From positions 160,001 through 224,000 of the forward strand of contig CAWBBV010000012.1 of NCBI GenBank assembly GCA_963787125.1: a stretch of 64,000 nt of DNA. The letters are read 5' to 3'. The translations under genes and the position numbers were made by a program. Source of the DNA: an uncultured delta proteobacterium (lineage in GTDB: Bacteria > Desulfobacterota > Desulfuromonadia > Geobacterales > DSM-12255). The notes beneath the pieces were generated by a model. It did no database searches, was not told the DNA's origin, and worked only from the letters and a program-made list of their open reading frames with translations. Positions 9,344 through 19,461 of this stretch are shown here, piece after piece (the first letter of the stretch is position 1; the number at the start of each line of letters is the position of its first letter).

Positions 9344-10822
9344 ATGAAAATCACCATCAGTAGCGCAAACCCGCTTGAATATTCATCACCGGCCCTGGTT
9401 GTCGGCTGCTTTGAGGACACGAAAGACGAAATATTCGTCAAGTGTGATGCACTGCTGGACGGCTGCCTGGAGCGGATTATGGCCAGCAGGGAGTTCAGGG
9501 GTAAAGCCAAGAGCACACAACTGATTCACACTTTGGGCAGACTGCCTGCAGAGCGGCTGTTACTGGTAGGCCTGGGGAAAAAGGCGGAGCTGAATGATGA
9601 ACGCCTGCGGCAGGCTGCCGGTACCGCCGTGCAGGCGTTGCGGGGCGCACGGGTTGCCTCGTTTACTTCTGTTCTGCATATGGCCGGCAGTGGTGACACG
9701 GCGCTTGAGGCGGTAACGGTGGGGACGCTGCTCGGCAGCTACGCTTTCGAGCAGTATAAGACCAGGGATAAAGATGAGCTCTTCAGTATCGAGGCAATGA
9801 CTTTGCTGCTGCCCAAAGGCACAGATACTACGGAATACCAGGCCAGAATCAGCCGCACCGAGATTATCTGCCAGGGAGTTCAGCTGGCCCGCGATCTGGT
9901 GTCGCAACCGGGCAATGTTGTCACCCCGGGCTATCTGGCAGATACGGCAATGGATCTGGCCGCAAGTTACGGTCTTGAGTGTCGCATATATGAACTGGCC
10001 GAAATGGAAAGTCTGGGGATGAACGCCTTGATAGGAGTGGGGAAGGGGGCGGCTGAAAATCCCCGTATGATTGTGCTGGAGTACCACGGCGCCGGTGCCA
10101 AAGGGAAGCCGGTGGTACTGATCGGCAAAGGGATCACTTTTGACTCCGGTGGTATTTCCATCAAGCCGGGAGCAGGTATGGAGGAGATGAAGACAGATAT
10201 GGCGGGCGCTGCAGCCGTGCTGGGGAGTGTAGCGGCAGCGGCCAGATTAAAATTACCGGTTAATCTCATCGGTATCATTCCCACAGCAGAGAATATGCCA
10301 GACGGCAAGGCCTATAAGCCTGGTGACGTCCTCACCTCCATGTCCGGCACGACCATCGAGATTACCAATACCGATGCCGAAGGGCGGCTGGTTCTGTGTG
10401 ACGCGCTGCATTTTGCCAAGCGGTACAAGCCGACGGTTATGATCGATCTTGCCACTCTGACCGGCGCCTGCGTTGTTGCCTTGGGGCACGAAGCAAGCGG
10501 ACTCATGGGCAATAACCAGCGACTGGTAAATGCTCTGCAGGAATCCGGGGAATGCTGCGGAGAGCGACTCTGGCAGTTGCCACTCTGGGATGAATACGGC
10601 GAGGTCATGAAGAGCGACATTGCCGACCTGAAGAATGCCGGCAGCCGGGACGGAGGCAGTATCACCGCCGGCTGGTTTCTGAAGCAATTCGTCGGTAAAA
10701 CCCCTTGGGCCCATCTGGACATTGCCGGCACAGCCTGGGGTGATAAGAGCCGTCCTTACAGCCCTAAAGGGGCCACAGGCGTCGGAGTGAGACTATTGAT
10801 CGACTATCTGCAGCGTATTTAA
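9344..10822 (+). CDS. pepA: Leucyl aminopeptidase (M17)
   Basis: GKGITFDSGG, MKTDMAG, NTDAEGRL motifs; likely start MKITIS at 9344. Confidence 0.96.
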   Translation: MKITISSANPLEYSSPALVVGCFEDTKDEIFVKCDALLDGCLERIMASREFRGKAKSTQLIHTLGRLPAERLLLVGLGKKAELNDERLRQAAGTAVQALRGARVASFTSVLHMAGSGDTALEAVTVGTLLGSYAFEQYKTRDKDELFSIEAMTLLLPKGTDTTEYQARISRTEIICQGVQLARDLVSQPGNVVTPGYLADTAMDLAASYGLECRIYELAEMESLGMNALIGVGKGAAENPRMIVLEYHGAGAKGKPVVLIGKGITFDSGGISIKPGAGMEEMKTDMAGAAAVLGSVAAAARLKLPVNLIGIIPTAENMPDGKAYKPGDVLTSMSGTTIEITNTDAEGRLVLCDALHFAKRYKPTVMIDLATLTGACVVALGHEASGLMGNNQRLVNALQESGECCGERLWQLPLWDEYGEVMKSDIADLKNAGSRDGGSITAGWFLKQFVGKTPWAHLDIAGTAWGDKSRPYSPKGATGVGVRLLIDYLQRI

Positions 10823-10920
10823 AGAAAGGTGAACATTTGACTAACTTTGCAAACGCAAAACGGGGACGCCGCGCGAGCGACTCCCCAGAGGTGTTATTGT
10901 TTATATTTGAAAGACAAATT

Positions 10921-10948
10921 ACGTCCCATAAGATATATTATGTCAAGT
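10921..10948 (+). other. dif site (XerC/XerD chromosome dimer resolution)
   Basis: ACGTCCCATAA-GATATA-TTATGTCAAGT fits the 11-6-11 dif architecture; intergenic between convergent genes. Confidence 0.85.
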
Positions 10949-10966
10949 TGAAGGTCTGGAAATGAA

Positions 10967-11001
10967 AAGACCAGTAATCTCACAATGAGGCTACTGGTCT
11001 T
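10967..11001. terminator. Hairpin terminator downstream of paaK
   Basis: AAGACCAGTA...TACTGGTCTT inverted repeat with A/T tails. Confidence 0.7.
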
Positions 11002-11022
11002 AAAATCTGTCAGCATGCAAAT

Positions 11023-12324
11023 TTACTGCTTGCGATTATCAATGACCCTTGAAGCTTTGCCTTCGAAACGAGGAATACATTTTGGCTCAACAAGTTTAAC
11101 TGTTACACCCACGCCGATGAGTGTGTGAATCTTGTTCTGGATTTTCTCCATGAAGGCCCTCTGAAGTTTCATCTCATCAAAGAAAATATTTTCCGTCACC
11201 TCAATCTGAATCTCCAGCGTATCAATGCTGTTCTTTCTGTCGACAATAAGCTGGTAATGCGGCTCGCAGCCTTCAATGGCAATGAGAATTTCTTCAATTT
11301 GTGAAGGAAATACGTTGACGCCTTTGATAATCAGCATGTCATCTGTACGTCCCATGGTTTTTTTCATCCGCACATGGGTTCTGCCGCAGCTGCACTTTTC
11401 GTAGTCAAGGCTGGTAATGTCCCTGGTTCGATAGCGGATCATGGGGAATGCTTCTTTGTTAAGGGTAGTTATGACTAATTCGCCAACACTTCCCGGAGGC
11501 AGAACTTCACAGGTATCCGGATCAATTATTTCCGGGATGAAGGCATCCTCAAAGAGATGCATGCCGCACTTGAAGGCACATTCGCCAGCGACACCAGGGC
11601 CGATAACTTCCGACAAACCGTAGTTATCCAGAGCGCTTATTCCGAGGCGGCTCTCAATTTCAGTTCTCATTGCTTCTGACCATGGCTCACCACCGAATAA
11701 GCCGAATTTTAATGAGAGTCTCTTTGGGTCTATGCCGAGCTGTTCCATTCTGTCCGCTATGGTCAGAGCGTAGCTAGGAGTGCTTACCAGGGCAGTTGAA
11801 CGGTAATCTTCCATAATCATAATCTGTTTTTCAGTATTGCCACCACCCATGGGGATGACAGAGGCACCGATAACCTCTGCACCGTAATGGAGCCCGAAAG
11901 CTCCGGTAAACATGCCATAACCAAAAGCAATTTGAACAACATCATCATGGGTGACACCGGCCGAAGTCAGGAATCTGGCAACCAGGTTCGACCAGGTTTT
12001 AATGTCATTTTTGGTATAGCCGACAACAGTAGGTTTGCCGGTAGTGCCGGATGACGAGTGAATCCGGACTACTTCCCGCAGCGGCACGGCAAACATGCCG
12101 TAAGGGTAGTTCAGTCGCAGGTCTTCTTTGGTTGTAAAAGGCAGGCTCGAAAGGTCTGAAAGTGATTGGACAACATCAGGATCTATCCCCTGCTGGTTAA
12201 ATTTATTGCGATAGCAGGTAACGTTTTTGTAGGCACGATGCAGGGTAGCCTGAAGCCGTTCAAGCTGCAGCTGTTCAATGACCTCACGATCCATACATTC
12301 ATACTGTTTGTCCCAGATTTCCAT
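11023..12324 (-). CDS. paaK: Phenylacetate-CoA ligase family protein (copy 2)
   Basis: [41 protein letters not shown] before MEIWDK. Confidence 0.93.
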   Translation of the reverse strand: MEIWDKQYECMDREVIEQLQLERLQATLHRAYKNVTCYRNKFNQQGIDPDVVQSLSDLSSLPFTTKEDLRLNYPYGMFAVPLREVVRIHSSSGTTGKPTVVGYTKNDIKTWSNLVARFLTSAGVTHDDVVQIAFGYGMFTGAFGLHYGAEVIGASVIPMGGGNTEKQIMIMEDYRSTALVSTPSYALTIADRMEQLGIDPKRLSLKFGLFGGEPWSEAMRTEIESRLGISALDNYGLSEVIGPGVAGECAFKCGMHLFEDAFIPEIIDPDTCEVLPPGSVGELVITTLNKEAFPMIRYRTRDITSLDYEKCSCGRTHVRMKKTMGRTDDMLIIKGVNVFPSQIEEILIAIEGCEPHYQLIVDRKNSIDTLEIQIEVTENIFFDEMKLQRAFMEKIQNKIHTLIGVGVTVKLVEPKCIPRFEGKASRVIDNRKQ

Positions 12325-12342
12325 AAAACCTCCGTAGAAAGG

Positions 12343-12422
12343 CAGGTAAAGGTATTCGTTCGCTTTGCTCACAGATAGAGGTAAAAAAAACCGGACTTCA
12401 CCTTTACCTCTACCTTTACCTG
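12343..12422. repeat. Intergenic nested inverted repeat (AGGTAAAGGTA type)
   Basis: CAGGTAAAGGTA / TACCTTTACCTG and inner TAGAGGTAAA / TTTACCTCTA. Confidence 0.55.
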
Positions 12423-12427
12423 GGTTT

Positions 12428-13171
12428 TTAACGCTCCCAGATATCTTTCTTTTCTTTGCCTAGATATGCCCGTTGTACTTCCGGATTTTCCAGCATGGCG
12501 GCGGCATTACCTTCAAGAATAATTTTGCCGGTCTCAAGGACATAGGCACGATCAGCCATTTTAAGCGCAGCCTTTGCATTCTGCTCTACAAGCAGGATTG
12601 TTGTCCCTTTGTCACTGCGTAAATGCTCTATAACTGCAAATATCTCCTGGACAATAAGTGGCGCAAGCCCCATTGACGGCTCGTCAAGCAGCAGAAGTTT
12701 AGGTCGTGCCATTAGAGCCCTGCCGATCGCAAGCATCTGCTGTTCTCCGCCGGAGAGAGTCCCTGCCATCTGTTTCTTTCGTTCTTCCAGCCTGGGGAAA
12801 AGTTCATAAATCTGCTTCATATCGGATTTTATCAGCTCTTTTGGTTCTCGAGCGGTTATCCGCAGGTAAGCGCCGAGTTCGAGATTGTCGGCAACTGAGA
12901 GGCCTTTAAACACCTGACGCCCTTCAGGAACCTGAGAAATGCCGATCTTGACAACCCTGTCCGGCGGCAGACCCTCAACATCCGTGCCTGCAAACTGGAT
13001 ACTGCCGCTTCTTTGAGGAGTAACTCCCGACAGAGTATTAAGTATCGTGGTTTTACCGGCTCCATTGGCGCCGATAAGAGCGACAATTTCTCTCTCAGAC
13101 AGATGAAGGGAAACATTTTTCAGGGCATGTACCTTGCCATAATAGGTGTTGATGTTTTTGACTTTTAGCAC
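12428..13171 (-). CDS. livF: Branched-chain amino acid-type ABC ATPase
   Basis: [24 protein letters not shown]. Confidence 0.93.
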   Translation of the reverse strand: MLKVKNINTYYGKVHALKNVSLHLSEREIVALIGANGAGKTTILNTLSGVTPQRSGSIQFAGTDVEGLPPDRVVKIGISQVPEGRQVFKGLSVADNLELGAYLRITAREPKELIKSDMKQIYELFPRLEERKKQMAGTLSGGEQQMLAIGRALMARPKLLLLDEPSMGLAPLIVQEIFAVIEHLRSDKGTTILLVEQNAKAALKMADRAYVLETGKIILEGNAAAMLENPEVQRAYLGKEKKDIWER

Positions 13172-13180
13172 ACTGCTACC

Positions 13181-13933
13181 CTACCCCTCACCCAGATATG
13201 CGGAGATAACGGCCTGATTCTCCTGTATTTCCCGCGGAGTGCCCTCTGCCAACTTGCGCCCGAGATTAAGTACAATAATCCGGTCGCAAATATCCATGAC
13301 CAGCTCCATGTCGTGCTCAACCAGTACTATTGACACCCCTGTATCACGGATCTTCTTGATTAGTAGAGCAAGCTCGGCTGTCTCCCTGTTATTAAGCCCG
13401 GCAGCCGGCTCATCCATAAGCATAATTGACGGGTTGACTGCCATTGCTCTCGCAATCTCCAGCATCCGCCCTTTGCCAAAAGGGAGGTTCGCCGCGATCT
13501 GTGCAGAAAGATCAGATATCCCGCAGAAATCAAGCCACCTGGAGGCCTCTTCCCGGATAAACCGCTCTTCACGTAAATGCCATGGCAGCTTGAACATGCA
13601 GGCGAGTATGCCGCTGCGGCTTCTGGTATGCATGCCAATCATCACGTTTTCCAGAACGGTCATATTTCCAAAAAGCTCAATATTCTGAAAGGTCCTGACA
13701 AGTCCTTTAGCCGCCAGTTTCTCAGCAGGCAGTGCCGATATTTCAGAGTTATTGAGGAAAACCGAACCTGATGTCTGGAAGTAAATGCCGGTAATAATGT
13801 TGAAAAGAGTGGTTTTACCGGCGCCATTCGGGCCGATCACTCCGGTGATATCCCCTTTTGCAACATTAAAAGAGATGTTTTCCAGTGCAGTTATGCCACC
13901 AAAACGCTGGGTCAATTCCCTTATTTCAAGCAT
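13181..13933 (-). CDS. livG: Branched-chain amino acid-type ABC ATPase
   Basis: GPNGAGKTT, RTFQNIELF, DEPAAG, VEHDM. Confidence 0.93.
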   Translation of the reverse strand: MLEIRELTQRFGGITALENISFNVAKGDITGVIGPNGAGKTTLFNIITGIYFQTSGSVFLNNSEISALPAEKLAAKGLVRTFQNIELFGNMTVLENVMIGMHTRSRSGILACMFKLPWHLREERFIREEASRWLDFCGISDLSAQIAANLPFGKGRMLEIARAMAVNPSIMLMDEPAAGLNNRETAELALLIKKIRDTGVSIVLVEHDMELVMDICDRIIVLNLGRKLAEGTPREIQENQAVISAYLGEG

Positions 13934-14900
13934 CAGGGAGCACCTTTTTTCCATATCTGGCACGAAAGGCTGAAAAAACTGCAGGAATCCCCTTTACCAG
14001 TCCGCCCGGCATGAACATGGTCATAAGGACAAGCAGCAGACCATAGACAATAATGTCATAATCCTGAAAAGCGCGGAGAAGCTCCGGAAGGATGGTGAGG
14101 AGTGCTGCCCCCAGTAGTGAGCCGTAGACACTGGCAAGACCGCCGATAATAACCATGGTTACGAGCTCTACTGAAAAATTGAACCCAAAAGAGGCCGGGG
14201 CAATAAAGGTCATTGTATGCGCATACAGACTGCCGGCAACAGCTGATAAACCGGCTGACAGAGCAAAGATCTGGACTTTAAGGATTCTGGCATTGACGCC
14301 CATGACACGCGCAGCAACCTCCGAATCGTTAATTGCCCGCAGCCCCCTGCCGATCCTTGAGTGGACAAGATTGAGTGAAAGACCCATGGCGAGGAGAGTG
14401 AAAGCCCAGATCAGATAATAATTTCTGATATCGTTGTCAAATTTAAAACCGAAAATGCTGAGGTTCGGGATTCCGGAGAGACCGGATGGTCCACCAGTCT
14501 GGTCTAGTGCTTCATTGAAAATGATGTAGATAATTATGCCCAGCCCCAGAGTTGCCATAGCCAGGTAGTGTCCTTTGAGTTTCAAGATAGGAAACCCGAC
14601 CACAAAGGCAAGAAGCGTTACTGTGACAGCCGCAGCCAACATGGCAAGCCACGGGTTGATTCCATGGGTAGCCGTCAGAATAGCGGAGATATACGCGCCA
14701 AGACCGAAAAATCCTGCCTGTCCAAGCGATATCTGGCCGGCATAACCGAGGAGAAGATTTAGTGCCAGGGCGAGGATCGTATGAATGCCGACAAAAACCA
14801 TAACATTAAGCAGATAACCTTCGTGGACAAGAGTTGGCGCTAACAGGACTATAATGACCAGAATTATGAATTTGACTATTTCTCTATAGGCTGAAAGCAT
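13926..14900 (-). CDS. livM: ABC permease
   Basis: GYAGQISLGQAGFFGLGAY, GHYLAMATLG. Confidence 0.92.
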   Translation of the reverse strand: MLSAYREIVKFIILVIIVLLAPTLVHEGYLLNVMVFVGIHTILALALNLLLGYAGQISLGQAGFFGLGAYISAILTATHGINPWLAMLAAAVTVTLLAFVVGFPILKLKGHYLAMATLGLGIIIYIIFNEALDQTGGPSGLSGIPNLSIFGFKFDNDIRNYYLIWAFTLLAMGLSLNLVHSRIGRGLRAINDSEVAARVMGVNARILKVQIFALSAGLSAVAGSLYAHTMTFIAPASFGFNFSVELVTMVIIGGLASVYGSLLGAALLTILPELLRAFQDYDIIVYGLLLVLMTMFMPGGLVKGIPAVFSAFRARYGKKVLPDA

Positions 14901-14901
14901 G

Positions 14902-15780
14902 TCAGACACGCTCTGTCTGGGCTTTACCGAATAGCCCCTGCGGTCTTATAAAGAGAATCAAGAGGAGTATGATAAAGGCGATTGCATCTTTATAGCCTGA
15001 AGATATCAGTCCTGCGCCAAGCGATTCAAGAACCCCCAGGATCAGACCACCAAGAACAGTTGCAATCCCTCCGGAAAGCCCTCCAATGATCGCGGCACAG
15101 AAACCTTTCAAGCCGAGCATGATGCCCACATCATATGAGGTCATGGTAAGCGGTGCGACTATAATACCTGCAAGTGAGCCGAGCGCAGCACTTATGGCAA
15201 ATGAGTAGAGCACCATTTTTCGGACATCAATGCCCACAAGGCCGGCAGCACGACGATTGACTGCACAGGCTCTCATTGCTTTGCCAGTTATTGTGTATTG
15301 AAAGAAAAGCTTGTTGAGTGATATGGCCAGGGCTGTAAGAGCAAAAATCCAGAGGTGTTGGGGAAGAATGGTCGCAGTGCCGATAAAAATTGGTTCGCTG
15401 CCGGAAAACGCCGGGATAGAATGGGTATCTTTGCCACCGATCATCATTGTCAGGCCACGTATGAGAATACTCCCTCCTATCGTTATAATGATAAGCGTAA
15501 GGTGGGTAGGCGATTTCAAAGGTCTGATGGTCAGTCTTTCAAAAAGGACACCGACTGCTGTTGAAGCAGTAACTGCAAAAACAATCGCCAATGGCAGAGG
15601 AAGAAATTTTAAAAAGAAGAGCGTGAACATACCCCCCAGCATTACCAGTTCACCCTGGGCAAAATTGATTATTTCGGTTGAATTGTAAATGATAGCGAAA
15701 CCTATGCCAATAAGCGCGTAAATTGCGCCAGTTGAAAGGCCTGATACCAGGTATTGTGCTATTTGATCGGAAAGTTCCAT
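14902..15780 (-). CDS. livH: ABC permease
   Basis: GAIYALIGIGF...INFAQG. Confidence 0.92.
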   Translation of the reverse strand: MELSDQIAQYLVSGLSTGAIYALIGIGFAIIYNSTEIINFAQGELVMLGGMFTLFFLKFLPLPLAIVFAVTASTAVGVLFERLTIRPLKSPTHLTLIIITIGGSILIRGLTMMIGGKDTHSIPAFSGSEPIFIGTATILPQHLWIFALTALAISLNKLFFQYTITGKAMRACAVNRRAAGLVGIDVRKMVLYSFAISAALGSLAGIIVAPLTMTSYDVGIMLGLKGFCAAIIGGLSGGIATVLGGLILGVLESLGAGLISSGYKDAIAFIILLLILFIRPQGLFGKAQTERV

Positions 15781-15878
15781 TAGGGTGAGTTTCTCAGACT
15801 TAAACAGGCACCCCTCCGCAATAAAAGGAGAGCTGCCTGTTCAAGCTTCTATGGTAAGTGCTTCGCTAACTGACTAAT

Positions 15879-17015
15879 TTATTTGGCTATTTCCCAATCA
15901 CCCTTGACAATTTTAACCATCTCGAAAGCGTTGAGATCAAGGCCATTATGGTCTGCAGGGCTCATATTGTAAATCCCCGAGATTGAAACCAGCTTCTTGA
16001 CTCCTTCAAGACCGTCACGAATCTGCTCGGGAGAAGATCCTTTTTTGAGGGCATCGGTCAGCAAGAGAAAAGAGTCATAAGCGTAGCCGCCGAAAGTTGA
16101 CGCCTCTACAGAATAACTGTTTTTATAAGCCTGGTCATAATCCTTGAGAAGCTTAAACTGTGGATCGTTCTTCTTTAGCTTATCGAAAATAGCGAGTTTG
16201 CCAGCTGGGAGCAGAACCCCTTCAGCATTTTCATTGCCGGCAAGTTCAATATATTTTTTGGAAGCAACACCATGACTCTGATAAAGCGGAATTTTAATGC
16301 CGAGTTGCTTTACATTCTTGGTAACCATTGCCGGCCCGGGATTTGTCCCCCAGCAGATGATAGCGTCGGCTTTGCTTCCCTTTATTTTTGTAAGCTGTGC
16401 AGTCATATCAGTGTCTTTGGGGCCATAAGTCTCATCAGCCGCAATAGTTATCCCTTTCTTTTTAGCCATATCTTTCAGCTGCTCACGCCCGGAAGCACCG
16501 AACCCGTCCGTAACGGTCAGGAGGGCTACACTCTTCTGTTTTTTTGCTATCATGTAGTTAAAAATCTTCTCAGCTGCAACATGATCATTTGCAGGAGTTT
16601 TGAATACATACTTTTTTACCGGATCTATAATCTTGATTCCGGCGGCGCAGGAGATGAGCGGAATTTTCTCTTTCTCGGCAATCGGAATTACAGCCATAGT
16701 TTCGCCGGTCGTACTTGGGCCGATAATGACTGACACCTTATCATTTTTGATTAACTTGGTGGCCAGTTGGACAGCCTTGGTAGCATCACCTTGCGTGTCA
16801 TAAACAACAAGTTCCAGTTTATGCCCTTTTATGCCGCCTTTAGCATTTGCCTCTTTTACCAGCAACTCGAGAGTATTGCGTTCGGGTTCTCCGAGGAAAG
16901 ATGCCGGGCCGGTAACAGCAAAGAGCGCACCGATTCTGATTGGTTCAGCGGCTAATGCTGAAACAGCGAAAAGCATTGAAACTGTAAAGATTATAAATGT
17001 TCTGAGTCTGGTCAT
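15879..17015 (-). CDS. livK: ABC substrate-binding protein (LivK/LivJ family)
   Basis: Signal peptide; IRIGALFAVTGPASFLG. Confidence 0.88.
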   Translation of the reverse strand: MTRLRTFIIFTVSMLFAVSALAAEPIRIGALFAVTGPASFLGEPERNTLELLVKEANAKGGIKGHKLELVVYDTQGDATKAVQLATKLIKNDKVSVIIGPSTTGETMAVIPIAEKEKIPLISCAAGIKIIDPVKKYVFKTPANDHVAAEKIFNYMIAKKQKSVALLTVTDGFGASGREQLKDMAKKKGITIAADETYGPKDTDMTAQLTKIKGSKADAIICWGTNPGPAMVTKNVKQLGIKIPLYQSHGVASKKYIELAGNENAEGVLLPAGKLAIFDKLKKNDPQFKLLKDYDQAYKNSYSVEASTFGGYAYDSFLLLTDALKKGSSPEQIRDGLEGVKKLVSISGIYNMSPADHNGLDLNAFEMVKIVKGDWEIAK

Positions 17016-17031
17016 TTTATCCCCCTATTGG

Positions 17032-17463
17032 TTACATACCGTATAGTTGTTCGCCATCGAGTATATTAAAACCTTTTTGACTTAGCGCTTTAATAGCCTT
17101 GTCTGTGTCGTCGAAGCGGAAAATTATGACTGCATTAGCGCCACATCTTTCCACAAAAGCATACATGTATTCAATATTAATGGAGTCTTTATCAAGTATA
17201 TGGAGAATGCTGGCCAGTCCACCCGGCTGATCAGGAACCTCTACTGCCACAACTTCTGTCTTGTTGACAGTAAAACCCTTAGCCTTTAAAGCACTAATCG
17301 CTTTTTCACAGTCATTGACGATGAGGCGGAGTATACCAAAATCAGAGGTATCTGCAAGCGATAGGGCCCTGATGTTAACACCGGCAAAGCCGAGAACAGT
17401 GGTTACCTCTGCAAGTCTCCCTGACTTGTTCTCGATAAAAATGGAGATCTGTTCAACTTTCAT
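17032..17463 (-). CDS. ACT-domain protein
   Basis: [17 protein letters not shown]; two ACT repeats; typical neighbour of paaK. Confidence 0.9.
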   Translation of the reverse strand: MKVEQISIFIENKSGRLAEVTTVLGFAGVNIRALSLADTSDFGILRLIVNDCEKAISALKAKGFTVNKTEVVAVEVPDQPGGLASILHILDKDSINIEYMYAFVERCGANAVIIFRFDDTDKAIKALSQKGFNILDGEQLYGM

Positions 17464-17531
17464 GGCTCCCCCAGCCCTGATAAACAGGATAAGTGCGTTG
17501 TAGCAGTTGATTACTGTCAACAGCTTACATA

Positions 17532-18842
17532 CTAAAGTTTACGATTATCGATGACTCGTTTGGCTTTTCCTTCGCTGCGCTGAATTGTTTTAGGTTCCAC
17601 AAGTTTTACACTACAGGTGACACCAAGCATATCTTTAATCTCTTTCTCAATTCGCCGTGCAAGCAGCTGCAGCACCTTAACTTCGTCAGAAAATATGTTC
17701 TCGTCAACTTCTACCTGAATCTGGAGCGTATCAAGGTTCTCTTTGCGATCGACGATAAGCAGATAATGTGGTTCAACGCCTTCAATTCTGACAAGGATTG
17801 ATTCAATTTGTGAAGGAAAGACATTCACACCGCGAATGATGAGCATATCATCAGAGCGTCCGGAAAGACGCGATATTCGTGCGTGTGTTCTGCCGCAGAC
17901 ACAAGGCTCGTAAGTGATACTGGTGATATCTCTGGTTCTGTAGCGGATAAGGGGGATCCCCTGCTTGGTAATGGTTGTAATTACCAGTTCACCTTTTTCC
18001 CCTGCCGGCAGCAGTTCACAGGTCACAGGGTTGATTATTTCCGGAATAAAATGATCTTCCCAGATATGCAGACCGCATTTACCTTCATAGCACTCTTGGG
18101 CGACGCCTGGTCCCATTATTTCTGAAAGCCCGTAAATATCGAGGGCGGTCAGGTTGAGTTTTCTTTCGATCTCACCACGCATAGCTTCAGACCATGGTTC
18201 AGCACCAAAAATGCCGACGCGCAGTTTGAAGTTTTTGAAATCAAGACCTTCTGCCCTTGCCTCTTCAGCCATGAAAAGAGCATATGAAGGCGTACAGGTA
18301 ATAACTGTTGAACCGAAATCCTGCATTATCATCAGTTGGCGGGCGGTATTGCCGCCGGATATGGGGATTACTGATGCCCCCAGTCGTTCAGCGCCGTTAT
18401 GAACTCCAAGACCACCGGTAAAAAGCCCATAACCGTAAGCGTTGTGAATTATGTCACCCTTGTGAGCGCCGGCAGTAACAAGGGTTCTTGCCATAAGATC
18501 AGCCCAGTTTTCGATATCCTTCTTTGTATAGCCGACAACGGTAGGTTTGCCTGTTGTCCCGCTGGAAGCGTGAATCCTGACAATCTCCTCCATCGGTGCA
18601 GCAAAGAGTGCGTAAGGGTATGAATCCCTCATATCCTGTTTGGTTGTAAAAGGGAGCCTTTGCAGGTCGGATAGTGATGTTATCGACTCGGGCCTTATAC
18701 CGGCTGAGTCAAAAGAGTTGCGATAAAACGGCACGTTACTGTACACTCTTTCAACAACAGATTTAAGGCGCATAAGTTGCAGAGCTTCAATAGCTACCCT
18801 TGGAAGCGTCTCAAATTCTTCGTTAAAATAGCTTGCCACCAT
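17532..18842 (-). CDS. paaK: Phenylacetate-CoA ligase family protein (copy 1)
   Basis: [37 protein letters not shown]. Confidence 0.93.
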   Translation of the reverse strand: MVASYFNEEFETLPRVAIEALQLMRLKSVVERVYSNVPFYRNSFDSAGIRPESITSLSDLQRLPFTTKQDMRDSYPYALFAAPMEEIVRIHASSGTTGKPTVVGYTKKDIENWADLMARTLVTAGAHKGDIIHNAYGYGLFTGGLGVHNGAERLGASVIPISGGNTARQLMIMQDFGSTVITCTPSYALFMAEEARAEGLDFKNFKLRVGIFGAEPWSEAMRGEIERKLNLTALDIYGLSEIMGPGVAQECYEGKCGLHIWEDHFIPEIINPVTCELLPAGEKGELVITTITKQGIPLIRYRTRDITSITYEPCVCGRTHARISRLSGRSDDMLIIRGVNVFPSQIESILVRIEGVEPHYLLIVDRKENLDTLQIQVEVDENIFSDEVKVLQLLARRIEKEIKDMLGVTCSVKLVEPKTIQRSEGKAKRVIDNRKL

Positions 18843-18879
18843 CCCCTCCTAAACACTGATAAACAAAAGAGTGCATTAC

Positions 18880-19458
18880 TTAAAGTGTTCGTCCGGACTC
18901 GAATGCCCGCAGATTAAGATCAAGGGCTTTTGCAGGCACCATTTTCTGGAGAGCTTGCTGCCAGACACTATTGTCAAGTTGAAGATGCTTTGAAACGGTT
19001 CCAAGGAGAACTGTATTGGCAACCCGCGGATTACCGATTGCTGTAGCGATCTTCAAGCCGTCAACAAGTTGAAAGTCCGGAAATCGTGCTGTGATAGCCG
19101 CTTCGAGATGATCCGGATAGCGCTCCTGGCCAAGAAGAACCGAGGGTGGCTGAATGCGGAAATTGTTTGCAATAATCTTGGCGCCAGGGCGGAGTAGATT
19201 CAGATAACGACTGGTTTCCAGAAGTTCGAATCCGAAGAGAATATCCCCCTCTCCTTCAGGCACAACAGGAGAAAAAACCTCTTTGCCAAAGCGAACATGA
19301 GAGACAACACTACCGCCACGCTGGGACATCCCATGAATCTCACTTTTTTTAACGTCAAAACCGGCAATCATGAACGCTTCCGCCAGAATCTCTGAAGCAA
19401 GCAGGATACCCTGGCCGCCAACACCAACCAGCAGAATGTTTGTAATAGAATTAGCCAT
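18880..19458 (-). CDS. iorB: Indolepyruvate:ferredoxin oxidoreductase beta subunit
   Basis: GVGGQG, SEIHGMSQRGGSV. Confidence 0.94.
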   Translation of the reverse strand: MANSITNILLVGVGGQGILLASEILAEAFMIAGFDVKKSEIHGMSQRGGSVVSHVRFGKEVFSPVVPEGEGDILFGFELLETSRYLNLLRPGAKIIANNFRIQPPSVLLGQERYPDHLEAAITARFPDFQLVDGLKIATAIGNPRVANTVLLGTVSKHLQLDNSVWQQALQKMVPAKALDLNLRAFESGRTL

Positions 19459-19461
19459 TAA

